NCBI GenBank assembly: GCA_965202585.1
Contig: OZ241830.1
Span: forward strand, 32,798,001 to 32,862,000
Source: Thalia democratica
Taxonomy: Eukaryota
Length of the DNA stretch: 64,000 bases
Reading direction: 5' to 3'
Shown: one piece after another, positions 52,301 to 64,000 of the stretch
How positions within the stretch are numbered: position 1 is the stretch's first letter
Layout: each line of letters begins with the position of its first letter
Translations under genes and position numbers: made by a program
Notes under the pieces: generated by a model
What the model was told of the DNA's origin: nothing
What the model saw: only the letters and a program-made list of their open reading frames with translations
Database searches by the model: none

Positions 52301-55300
52301 AGATGGTTGTTTGGTATAACCAAGTAATTGCATGTGTAGTAGATAAACCTGTTTAGTTTATTTGCACTATTGTTCAAAAAGTTGTTGTTTTCAAACTAGT
52401 TACTTTTATTTTACAACTCATTTTAAAAATCTTAAAAGAAGCTCAAACAGTGAATTCTAGATAGAATTATAGTTGAAGAGCTGTATAAGGTGAATAATTA
52501 GCGAACAAATTTTTAAAGAACAATAAGTTGTGATTTTTTATAAATATAAAAACAAACTAAGAACGTTTGTGTTTTACTGAATTTCAGATCTAAAAAACTT
52601 TCAGATCAATCACGAAGTAATGTTTGCTATACTTTATTTCTTACCTCTTTAAATTAATTTTTAAACTTTGAATTAGCACAAACTCTTGTAATTTTACCTA
52701 ATGAAATGTTAAATTTGAATTTTCTTGTTTTAAAATATAAAATCAATCTTTTTTTTTTGAACATAGCCTTATTTACTGTAGAATTAAGCTGAAAAGAAAT
52801 AGTTTTATTAAACATTGTATAGTTTTCAAACATACGGTTATGATTTAATATATGTATTTCTTATAAGATTAGCGTTTTTTTATATAAAATAATATAATTT
52901 TAATACATTAACTTGAAGTAAAACATGATGACTATAATTATATAAGTCTAAACGACATTTTTAGTTATATTAACTAAGCTTGTATAGCTTATTATAAGGT
53001 TAAAAACTTGTTAAGCTACATTTTTGCTAAATTTAAAACTAAAAAACCTTTAAATAGTAAAATGTTTGATGAAAATTCTTAGTAATTGCATTAAGCTTTC
53101 AACTTTGAAATTCACGTTATCTGTAATTTATCTTGCCACACTGTTAATTTCAATACCACAATGCTTACTATACATCAAATAGGATACTTTGTATGGTTTT
53201 TGTGATCTACTAAAAACCGACGTATAATATTTGTACACACAAACCTGTAAACTATGAATAATTACAATCTTTGCAATGTTGTTTAATAAGGTAAATATTA
53301 CAACCGTTTGGTACAGTTTTGTACTAAAAACATTTACTTAAAATGTTATCAAAAAAGCAAATGGAAGCTAGAAGTTTAATGCAAAATAACAGAAGTCAGG
53401 TTATATAGCAGAATAAAAAATATTTTAAATATGTAAAACGTTTTGGTTTTTGTAACACAGAGTTCACCATTTATTTAAACTTGTTAAGTTAAATTAATAT
53501 ACTCGATTGGAAATGTTTGGTACCGTAACTAAACAATGCTTTTATAGTTTTAACTGCATTATTGAAAAACTTTACACTTTATTTAAACAACTTAGTTTTT
53601 TACTCTATAAACAGTGATAATCAACACATTAACTTCGATTTTTTTTTCTTTTAACCACAAAAATGACATGAAATTATCACAGGTCCGAACAAGAGCTGGT
53701 CGTCACCGCAACCAAAGTGCGTTTCCATAACTTGTCGCAACATGACATCGCCACCTAACGGTAAAACCGTTTGTTCTTCAGCAGAAAATTTTCTTGGCAC
53801 CGTTTGTAGGTTTGAATGTTGCTTTGTTGGTTGTTCGCATTGGTTAGAATTTACTACTTAGTTTTTACAAGTTTGATTGTTTTGCTGCCTTTTTTGCTAA
53901 ATATTTTGATATCGTTTAAGTTTAAAAACTTGATAAAGTTTTAAGTTCATGCTTTTCTTTTTTAGCTTAAATATGTATCTCTAAACTTAATTTACTAAAC
54001 CATAGTATAACTCATGAGATAGAAAATACATAGGTTGAATATGAGCTAATGAGTTTAAACCAATAACATTTCAGCCACACTTGCGGCGAAGGTTGGCAGT
54101 TAATTGGAGCTACATCAAGCGAATGCGTTACAAAAAAATCTGCTTCCGGTTCACTATTTGGTGATTGGAACACAAAAACTCCTACATGCAAAAGTTTGTG
54201 TCATTAATTACTTTCGTTTATCTTTAAAAAAGTATGGCGTGTTGTAGCTCACAACAAGTACAAACAAAAAAAAAAAAAAACAATTTAGATACAAGTGGCT
54301 ACTGTATCTAAAGTTTTTAGAAAGTTTTGGATAAATTGATTTATCAAACTACTTATTCTTTATCTTAATTAACACAATTTTATAGTATTAAACTTAAATT
54401 AAGTATTACGGTGTCTTTTCTTTTAAGTTCAAATCAAAAACAAATACTTTAGAACTATTTATACCAGATGCAATTGTTGTAAAATTTTATTTTCTCCTGT
54501 TATTTTCTTCAAACTAAATATTACAATAAGCAATGTGAATTGTAGCACATAAGTAACCTTGTTTGTTATAGGACTTAAATGCGATGAATCTAGTTTGTTA
54601 AACGGTCAAGTAGATTGTACAAACGATAACTTTTACGGAAGTATTTGCACTTACAAATGTAGTGAAGGTTATGAACTAATTGGAAACTCTGTAAGCAAGT
54701 GTACATTTAGTCAAAATGGAATAACTAGTTGGGGTAACGACGCACCAACTTGTACAAGTAAATTGAAACTTTTTTGTTTTCAACATTTGCTGCGATATAA
54801 CATTTTGCGAAAGCCAAATTAAAACAAATTGTCTATAAATAACATTAACAACACTCGTTAGCTTTAGTTGATAAATAATTAGTAAATTAAAAATAGTTAA
54901 ACTTTTGTACGTATTCTTTTTGTAAGTTATGTTTAAAAACTGCTGTTTATAACTTTTAACAACCGAGCATGTTTTTATAAAATTTTCTTAAATATTGTCA
55001 AACAATTTATATTCTGATTTGATATCAATAAAAAAGTTAAGTCTCATTTTTTTGACATTGATTGTAACGAAAGTACAACGACAATATTAAAAATCTAAAA
55101 CGTGCAAATCATTAGATAAAGAAAACTTTACAAAACAAACTCTTTTTGTCATGATTATGAACATAAGAAACATTCATAAAATAATTTACAAGAAATATTT
55201 AGCGCATTTGTAAACAACAATTTAAAAAAAACAGAAGCAAAGTTTTAGTTTTTATCAAAACCATATAAGATTAGACATTTAAGGTTTGTTACTAAATTAT

Positions 55301-58300
55301 TCGTTAATTACTAATGAAAATTTGAAAAACTTGACAGGACTTCAATGTGAAGAATTAAGTTTATCAAACGGACAAGCAAATTGTACAAACGACATTTTAT
55401 TTGATAGCAGTTGTAGTTTTACATGTAATGATGGCTATAGAATTACTGGAAAGTCTGTAAGCAAATGTGTTTATAATGGAAATGGAATAGTTAACTGGGA
55501 TACAAATGCACCTATTTGTACCGGTTAATACGTTTAATAGATATTGTATGTATGCATTTGAGAATTTTTCTGGTAGTTTTTTTTGAAACAAACTAAAAAA
55601 AACTCAAAAAATAACACAACATAATTTAATAATTTTTTGAAATTTATTTAGTATTAAAGTAACATCAAAAAAAATTATATTGTTTTATAAATAAGTATAG
55701 TAAGTATGTTCTACAAACACTTATCTAAATTAATTTCTAAGCATCTAAACAATATCTAACCGTCAAAGTTTATTCATTAATGATTTTTAATGATTACTAA
55801 ACAGTTTAAGGTAAGTTTGAAGTAAAAGCTGTTTATAAACAGTACTACTAGAGGTTTTATAAAATTTAAATGGTTAGTAAAATACAAGGATTTTTTTAGT
55901 TCTCCAATGCGAAGGAAGAAGTTTATCAAATGGACAAGTAAACTGTTCAAATAATAATTTGTATGGTAGAAGTTGTTCTTATACATGTAATGAAGGTTAT
56001 ATACTAACTGGTGATTCAGTTGCAACGTGTGTTCTTACTGGAAAGGAAACAGTAAATTGGAATAATGAAATACCTACGTGTACAAGTGAATACAAATTTC
56101 TGATAAAATATTATTGTCCAGTAAAACAACTTGATTTAAAATATTTAATTTTTAGAGTAAAATATTGTCTTATTCTTTAAAAGTTAAACCTAAGTAACAT
56201 AAGCATACGTAATTGTTAGTTTACATTTCAATTATGAATCTGGTACATTTTAAACTAAACACAATAAAAATTCATGAGTTTAAAAATACAAATGTTAATT
56301 ACAGAGTAGTTGTTAATGTAAATTTATATGTATAAATATATATATATATACTATACAAATTTAGAAAACAACGTAATTCATTTATTGATAATCGGCACCT
56401 GTTTATAACATTTGGCAAAAATGGACTAATTTTACTGCAAAATAACTACACAAAAAATAAACTTATGATTACGTGTAACAATTATAATAAAGTAGCAATT
56501 TTAAAGTACTCCAGTGTGAAGATAGAAGTTTATTGAATGGACATGTAAATTGTACAAACGACAGTTTATTCGAAAGCAGTTGTTTGTTTGAATGTAATGA
56601 CGGTTACAAGTTGATCGGAGATTCTGAAAATAAATGTGTTGTTTATGAAAACAGAAAAGTTAATTGGAATAATGAATTGCCTATTTGTATTAGTAAGTTG
56701 TTTTTTTTTCGAAATAGCTATCTCGTAATATACATAGTTTTTTATATAATATTGTAATCAAACTAAAATAAGTTTTGATAGAGAATAATAGTTTTGTTTT
56801 ACATGCAAAAATGTTCAAGGTATAATTAAAATTATAGTGTATACATTTGCTTTGATTTTGTAGGACATCAATGCGAAGATGAAAGCTTACTAAACGGACA
56901 AACTAATTGCACAAATAACAACTTTTACGAAAGTAGTTGTAGCTACATATGTAATGACGGTTATGAACTAACTGGAAGTTCTGTTAGAAAATGTGTGGTT
57001 GACGAAAATGGAGTGGTCAATTGGAATAATGAGTTACCTACTTGTACAAGTTAATATTTTCATCTTACTACATTTTGTAATATAATCTAGCTGTTTTGTT
57101 TTAAAAACTACTATTAAACTTTACTAGTTAAATTATCGAACCAATACTAATAAAACAGTACAAAACTAAACTTTTAAACATCTGTTTGTTCTTTATCTCT
57201 TGTTGAAACTTACAGTTTTTAGACAGTTTTAACATTTATTATAAAGTTTGATTTATCTGAACTTTGCTTTAACTTTTTGCAATATATAAAACTATTAGTT
57301 TTTAATTTTAATAATTAAGTTAAGTAATAATCATTGTTAACTACTACAATTTAACACTTTTCGTAAACTGAACAAATTGTTTAAAAAGATAAAAAATCAA
57401 TACTTTGAACACAATTATGAACTACCGAAGGCTGTTAATGAACTAGTTTTATCATAAACATGTTTTAGTGATGATATTGAAAAGTCTGTTTAGTTGAGTG
57501 GTAGCATTGTTTTGTTAGTATTGGTTGTTTTTATATACAAATTAATAATTCAATATTCAGTGCTCCAGTGCGAAGAAAGAAGTTTAACGAACGGACAAAC
57601 GTATTGTACAAACGACAGTTTTTATGAAAGTTTTTGTTCTCATAAGTGTAATGAAGGTTATATACTAACTGGAGATTTAGTTGCAAAATGCGTTTTTACC
57701 GCAAACAAATCAGTAAACTGGAATAGTGATATGCCTACATGTGCAAGTAAATACAAGTTTCAAACATATGTGGTCATTGACTTTTGTTTTTTAGCATGCT
57801 TAACTTTAGGTTGCTCAATGTTTAAAACAGTATTAAAATAATAAAATTTTTTGAGTATGGCTTTATTTTTTTAATTTTCAAATTATTGACAACCACAGTT
57901 AACAAACTAATTATGTGTATGATAATTATATTTTTTAACTTTACAAAAAAAAAAGTTAAAACTGAAACGATATTTCTAAGTTCTTGGTTTAAGACTTTAA
58001 AAAAAAGAAAATATTGTAAAAAGCTTATTAGTATGTATTAATAATATTATTTATAAGTTAATATACAGCTTTTTTGTAAAAACTAATTTATAAGTTTTAC
58101 TAACTCCAGATACAAAATTTATTTAAACTTATGATAGTGTAGTAATATATATATATATATATAAAAGTAAGTAAACTCTAAATAAACAAATAATTTGTAT
58201 AAATAAAGTCTTAGTACTTTACTTACATGCATAAAAAAGGTATAAGTTTTAATTGTGGTTTACCACTAAGTTTACTAAAACTTGACCGACTCGTTTATTC

Positions 58301-61300
58301 TTCTATCTTTTTTTTAAATTTTTTAAACAATTCTTGAGAAATCAAACTTTACAGAAATAAACTAAAACTAAAAACAATTAAAACTACGTATTCAAGTTTG
58401 AAAAATAACAATTATTCAGTTCTTCAGTGCGAAGAAGCAAGCTTAACAAATGGACAAGTTAATTGTACAAATGATAGTTTATTTGGAAGTAGTTGTTTGT
58501 TTGAATGCAATCTCGGTTATACATTAAATGGAATTTTTGAAAACAAATGTGTTGTTGATGACAGCGGAATAGTAAAGTGGAATAATGAGTCGCCTACATG
58601 TTCAAGTAATCTTTATTTATTCAGTTTTTGCTTTCCAAAGACTTTTTACATAGTTTTAATTTCAAAAAAATAATTCTTTTAATTAGTGTTTTAAAGTTAC
58701 TTTGACTCCTTATGAACGTATTAATTAATGTATTATACTTTTAATTAAAAATCTTTAGATCCTCAGTAGAATAAACATAATTTTTTTTTATATTTAACAC
58801 TAAAAAAACTTTCAAAGTTACAATCAATAACATATTTTTTTTTAAATAGTTATTAACCTTTATAGTTGTAATCAAATTTTAGGACTTCAATGCGAAGATG
58901 AAAGCTTACTAAACGGACAAGCAAACTGTACAAATGACATTTTTTATGAAAGTAGTTGTAGCTACATCTGTAATGACGGTTATAAAATAACTGGAAGTTC
59001 TATCAGAAACTGTGTGGTTATCGAAAATGGAGTGGTCAATTGGAATAATGACTTACCATCTTGCACAAGTTAATTTCTTATATTGCTGTATTATTCTTAT
59101 AATGGACTTTTATACTATTATTATTATTCAATTTAATAAGAAAAAAGTATCATTTGGTTCACTTACTATACAGAAGTATAAAGTTTGAAGATTGAATTTC
59201 TTTTTTAAAAACTTAAAGTCAGTTTTTAAGGTAGGTATGTAAAACCACAAACTCAAACTACTTTTCATTTTTATATGCATAAAAGTTTAAAACAATGACT
59301 TCTTTATAGAAAAACTTTGGTGGCAACCATTTTACGTGTTAAGTAGTTTATTTTGTTTAAGCTTTATTTTAAGATAACATTTAACTAGTTATATCGACTA
59401 TCCATAATAAACAATATAGTCATAAATTTTAATACAGAATTTTTTTTTCAAAAAGTTTTGCTATTTTTTAATGAAACTTACAACACTTTATTGTTAACCT
59501 TTAATAATTTCTTGCTAGTACAAATATTATTTTACCTTTGTGTTAATTTACAAAGATGCGTTGAACAATTAATTTTGTGTTTATGCTTTTCCAACAAAAT
59601 TCTAAGCAAGCTCTAATTATAAATTAGAGTAAAAAAAAGACTTTTATATTTTTATTTAATCCGTTTGAAAAATCATTTTAGATTATTTTATTAAAAATAC
59701 AGACATAATCAAAACTGTTTTACAATTTCTAGTTCTTCAATGCGAAAAAGAAAGTTTAACAAATGGACAAGTTAATTGTACAAGCAATAATTTCTATGGA
59801 AGTAGTTGTTTTTATGAATGCAATGAAGGGTACAAAATAACTGGAAGTTTTGTTAGGAAGTGCGTTTCTAGTGAAGTTGAAATGGTTAAGTGGGATAATG
59901 ATGAACCTATTTGCACAAGTATTAACTAGTTTATTTAAAAATATTTTATCGAGTTTTATTTGGTAAAAAAGTATATCAAAATTAAGATTTAAAAAAAAAT
60001 AGTTATTTTCTTTTACATTCCTAATATGTGCAAAAGGTAAAATAAAGAATAAGAAACTATACAAAAAGTATTTTTTAGTCTAAAAAGTTTATTTAGATAA
60101 ATTTAAGTTTAAAATGAAAGTAAAATAAATATAACTTAGATCACTTTTATCAAAAGTCGATAAGGTTTTCTTAATTTCACAGAAATTATTTGCGAAAACT
60201 TAAAAGAAGCAAAAAATATTACAACTAGTTGCACCGAGGACAACTTCGTGGGTTCCACGTGTTTATTTACCTGCCCCAACAACCTTGACGTCCACCCTAG
60301 TTACTCCCCTACTACTGAATGCCTTCCTGACGAAACACCATATTGGTCATCACCACTTCCTTGTTGCTACGGTAACTTTAAGTTTAAAATTTTTTTAAAC
60401 ATCATAATTTATTAATTTGTCTAAAAAGTTTCAATAGAGTAGAAAGGGCGCTGTAGATTTATATGTAGTTTAAAAGTAGAAGTTGTATTTATTTAAAACT
60501 TTGTTTGCTTTAAAAAAAAATTCTTTCTTTGTAGAACTCACAACGCTTTGATTTTTTTTTTTCTTCTCTTGACATGTGTTTTAAAAGATAAGCTGTTTTA
60601 ATGTGTACTTTTTCTTTATCAAATATTTTGAGTAAAAATAATAAGACGTACTTCTTAATTTGTTAACTTGCACAAATAACTAGTTAATACCTTTTTCTTT
60701 ATATATCTATACCATATTTTTTTTTTCTCAGATCAAATGAAATGCATAAGAAACATGAAACTGGATATAATAATTGTTCTGGACAGTTCATCTTCTGTGG
60801 GATCTAGAAATTGGAAAATGAAAAAGTCTTTCTTGTGGAAACTAGTCAAGTAAATATTTATACATACAAATAGTTGAAGAGTTATCAAATTAAAAGTGCA
60901 AATGTTAATGTAAAATAATTAATACCCAAAACTTTGTTTAATCAATTTAATGTGTAATTTTAAATACCTAAAGCCTTCAAATTAAGATAAATTAAATACT
61001 TTATTTCTAACTTTTAATTGCGTTAAAATAAAATCGCGCTAGAATATTTAGAGCTTTGTTTTTATCATGCTTTTAATAATGTTTACTTGTCAGTTGAAAA
61101 TTTAGAAAGTATAAACGTTTGAGTGCTTTTTATCATCATTATTGATCTGAAACGTGTATAGAAGTTATATAGATATATCACATTTAACATAAAAATTTAA
61201 ATTTTTTAAAACTTAAAGTCGGTTTTTAAAAGTGGCTTTAAAAAACCAACAAACCAAAAAATTTTAACTGTTGAATAAATATATTTAAAAGTGGTGTTGC

Positions 61301-63223
61301 TAAAGCTATAAAACTTAAAAATACTATAGCATCATTTTTCAACTGTATAACTTGTTTTTTTGTTTATTTTTTCCTAAAACTTTAGTGTATACTATTATAT
61401 ATTAGTGCATTTTTATATTTTAAAGTACTAAAATTAAGTGTATTTATTGTTTTTAAAATTTCAACAAGTATTTGAATTGTTTGTGAGTACTGTTTAATAT
61501 AGCACTTATATTTTAATTATTTTTGTACTGTTAAAAATTTAACTTATAAAAAATGCGATACTGAGATATACATCGCTTTATCTTAAATTTTTTCTAGTTA
61601 GCAACGTTTCCTTTTTATTTTGTTACAATGGTTTCTTAACAGCCATAAGTGTAGAATACTTATAACCGCCTCTTAATCATCATAAGTTGATATTTAACTA
61701 ATATTTTAAAACTTATATAAATTGTCTTCGTATTTTCACAGTAATTTTGAGTTGGCTGATGCAAAGGCACGAATAGCAGTGTTCAGGTTTTTCGAAAATG
61801 TCGATCATTCGTCAGAAATCAAGTTGTTAGACGAAGACGTTTCGAATACGCAAGAATTTCTACGAAAGTTCGCTAAAATACCCTACAACGGATATGGTCA
61901 GTACTTGTAAAAGTTGTTGAGCCTGCTCAACTAAAAGGCTTAATAGTTGTTAATACACGTGTGTTTATTTTTTCCGAGCGTTAATTAGAGAACAAATGTA
62001 GTTGTCATATAATGTTTCGAGAAACTTATAAAAAAGTACAATAGTTGTATGTTAATTAACACATACAAAACTTTTATAAAAACCAACTATGTTTCTAAAA
62101 GTTTGAAAAAGTTTCTATCACCCTATATTAAATTAACATTTTATAAAGATAGGTTATTAGCAAAAATTTCAACAACTAACTAAAACACTAAAGAAGTGTG
62201 TTCAAAGTTTTTGATAGTTTACTAATTTCAATTTTAATCGTGCTTTTATTAAAAGTAGTAAAAATATTTCAAAATTTTTAAGTTTTAAAGCCATACAGTA
62301 AAACAACGCATCAACTATGGTGTTTTGGTTACAACACTTAAACTCTTTATTGTACACTTTTAAGTTATTCACAACTTTTCTATTTTACTTATTTATCTAA
62401 ATATTTAACAACTTAATTTAAAATTTTACAAATAAGCGTGTCAAAAGCATAAAGCCACTAACTACGAAAAACCTGAAGCTTGTCCACAAAATGTTAAATT
62501 AAGGTTAAAACTTACACCTGAGAGTATGGTTTATTCAAACTGCTACTACCACAAGCCTTAAAACTGTTTATAAGCTCTTGAATTTTCACTTTTCAGGCTA
62601 AATAGCGTTTAACTTTCGGGTAAACATCAAAAGTTTTGAAAAATATACCCGAAAAAGTTCAAAAAAAAAGCGTTTAAATTAAAAATTTTAATTTCAAGTC
62701 GTTTAAAGTTGGTTTCTTAAAACGCAACATAAAACGATATTCTCGATAAATAATACTTTAAACGTTTTAAGTGGTGTATACAAATGCTAGATTAAAACTA
62801 AAAAAAAGCCTAGACTGAAAAAGAGTTATCAAAAGTTGTACAATTTTTTTTTCGTTTTTAAATTTACTTTAATTAACAACTAAGTTAGGAGCTAACTATA
62901 TTTAACTTGCAATGGAAGTTTTAAAATAATAAAGAAAATTGTGAAACATTGTGTTAGTTTTTTCTATCAACATTAGCTTCGATAAATTTTTATTCTAAAA
63001 TAAATTACAATAGTAAATTACAATTACAAATAAATTACAACTATTTAAAGGATCGCGACTGGCTAATGCAATCGATCACGTGATTGATAACTGCACTTTG
63101 ACGTCATACGGAAACCGCGAGTCTGTTGATGACGTCATAATAGTGATGACGGATGGAAGAGCCAACGATCAGAAGGAAGTGATAAAAAGATCGAGAAAAC
63201 TGAGGAAAAAACACGATGCTAAT
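46321..63223 (+). CDS. Secreted Ly6/uPAR-like + 13 x sushi (CCP) + VWA domain protein; 22 exons traced, 3' end incomplete in this window
   Basis: Exons, all GT-AG and phase-consistent (3291 nt = 1097 codons): 46321-46381, 47370-47455, 48544-48639, 48939-49053, 50518-50628, 50906-51001, 51643-51813, 53683-53809, 54075-54193, 54572-54757, 55338-55523, 55900-56085, 56507-56692, 56864-57049, 57561-57746, 58420-58605, 58883-59068, 59733-59918, 60183-60371, 60732-60849, 61742-61896, 63051-63223. Confidence 0.88.
47370..49053 (+). CDS. Exons 2-4: Ly6/uPAR (three-finger)-like Cys-rich domain
   Basis: LVCWKCDNARGDSDCFRRGKLHTCTNKE / EICSTEIRTIAGKWNIKKGCQQKRACENNRLQ / NSRASSFKTQCNPPKWGSVCRCCCGDNMCNSRGYRCIQ. 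Shows the LxCxxC start and CCxxxxCN end typical of LU domains. Confidence 0.75.
50518..54193 (+). CDS. Exons 5-9: sushi/CCP domains 1-3 (split exons)
   Basis: FCDEVPRFQYGSTKC...GSKCKFTCKKG/YEATGLATSTC...PAPKC; GCPIRPSSIRNGREKC...GSVCNYSCDD...STSTCG/PNKSWSSPQPKC; TCRNMTSPPNGKTVC...GTVCS/HTCGEGWQLIG...WNTKTPTC. Confidence 0.85.
54572..59918 (+). CDS. Exons 10-18: nine tandem 186-bp phase 1-1 sushi/CCP exons
   Basis: Each exon is exactly 186 bp and encodes LQCE-x2-SLxNGQxxC...SCxxxCNxGYxxxG...C...VNWNNxxPxC (six Cys, selectin-type). Starts: 54572, 55338, 55900, 56507, 56864, 57561, 58420, 58883, 59733. Confidence 0.92.
60183..60371 (+). CDS. Exon 19: terminal divergent sushi domain
   Basis: IICENLKEAKNITTSCTEDNFVGSTCLFTCPNN...TTECLPDETPYWSSPLPCCY; phase 1-1. 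Confidence 0.85.
60732..63223 (+). CDS. Exons 20-22: von Willebrand factor A domain (C-terminal part not found in window)
   Basis: KLDIIIVLDSSSSVGSRNW (MIDAS DxSxS); ARIAVFRF; PYNGYGSRLANAI; RESVDDVIIVMTDGRAND. Confidence 0.9.
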
Positions 63224-64000
63224 GTAAGAAGTTTATCATAAAAAATATTACAAAATTAGAAAAAAAAAACAATACTGGCATATCCTCAGTTATATTAACA
63301 TATATAAGATTGTTTTGTAAGTTTAGTAAGATCAAAGGTTTTAAGTAAAGTAAAAAAAAAATCAAAAACATTTTGAGCATTCCAATTTAAAACAGTCAGT
63401 CATAGTAAAAACCAAATAAAAACGCCTTTCAAGAGATTTATATGTTTAATAGCTATTTTTAAATTTATACTATTTGAACTTTAGTTTGTTATTTTTTAAT
63501 TTAGTCAAACTTTTCTTAATTTTTAGCTTATTTCTGGAAAACACTACAATTGTTTTAAAGTTTCAGAACGTAAAAGTTCAAACTTAAACATTTAAATAAC
63601 TTAAGAGTTTTAAATAACAAGTAAGTGATGTTGAAACTTACAACTTTATATATCAGACTTAAAAGCTTTTAAACCAACAAAACCTAAGTTGTAATGTATA
63701 GACAAACAAAACATCTATTTATTCAATTAGTTATTTTAACCTCTAATTTGTTTTCTTATCACATATATTTTAAACGATTTTATTGTTTTTAAATATAGTT
63801 TAATCTAAAAAACTTAAGCTTAGTTTTAACCAAGAAAAAAGTATGGAGCTTTTTATCGTTAGCAAGCTTGTGCTATAACATTATCAAGAAAAGTAAAGCA
63901 TGTTAAGTGTACAATTTTTAAAAGATTAGCTGTACTACAGAAAAACTGATGTTTGTTTAAAGTGGCTTACCAAGAACAAGTGCTTACATTATTAAATAGT

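Overview
Very AT-rich eukaryotic genomic DNA with spliceosomal GT-AG introns. The cysteine-rich Ly6-like/sushi/VWA protein suggests a marine invertebrate, probably an ascidian (inference only). The left ~40 kb is a mosaic of recent segmental duplications carrying three near-identical, single-ORF, minus-strand Deltex-family E3 ligase genes (11095-12246, 22654-23805, 32423-33574). Their architecture is unusual: a catalytically dead E2-like (UEV) domain, then a RING-H2, then a Deltex C-terminal (DTC) domain. The DTC-coding half is far more GC-rich than the host DNA. Copy 2 has a nonsense codon at codon 8, and copy 1 has lost its native upstream region to a ~1.03-kb MITE-containing tandem repeat. 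A full-length but inactivated RTE-clade LINE (14566-18592, minus strand) sits in that repeat, with a 24-bp TSD and a matching empty paralogous site. The right ~18 kb holds a plus-strand secreted-protein gene; I traced 22 exons by hand in continuous frame (1097 codons, runs off the window): signal peptide, Ly6/uPAR-like domain, 13 sushi/CCP modules (nine as identical-length 186-bp symmetric exons) and a VWA domain with MIDAS motif. No rRNA, tRNA or CRISPR array is supported. All coordinates and alignments were read by eye; no database searches were run.
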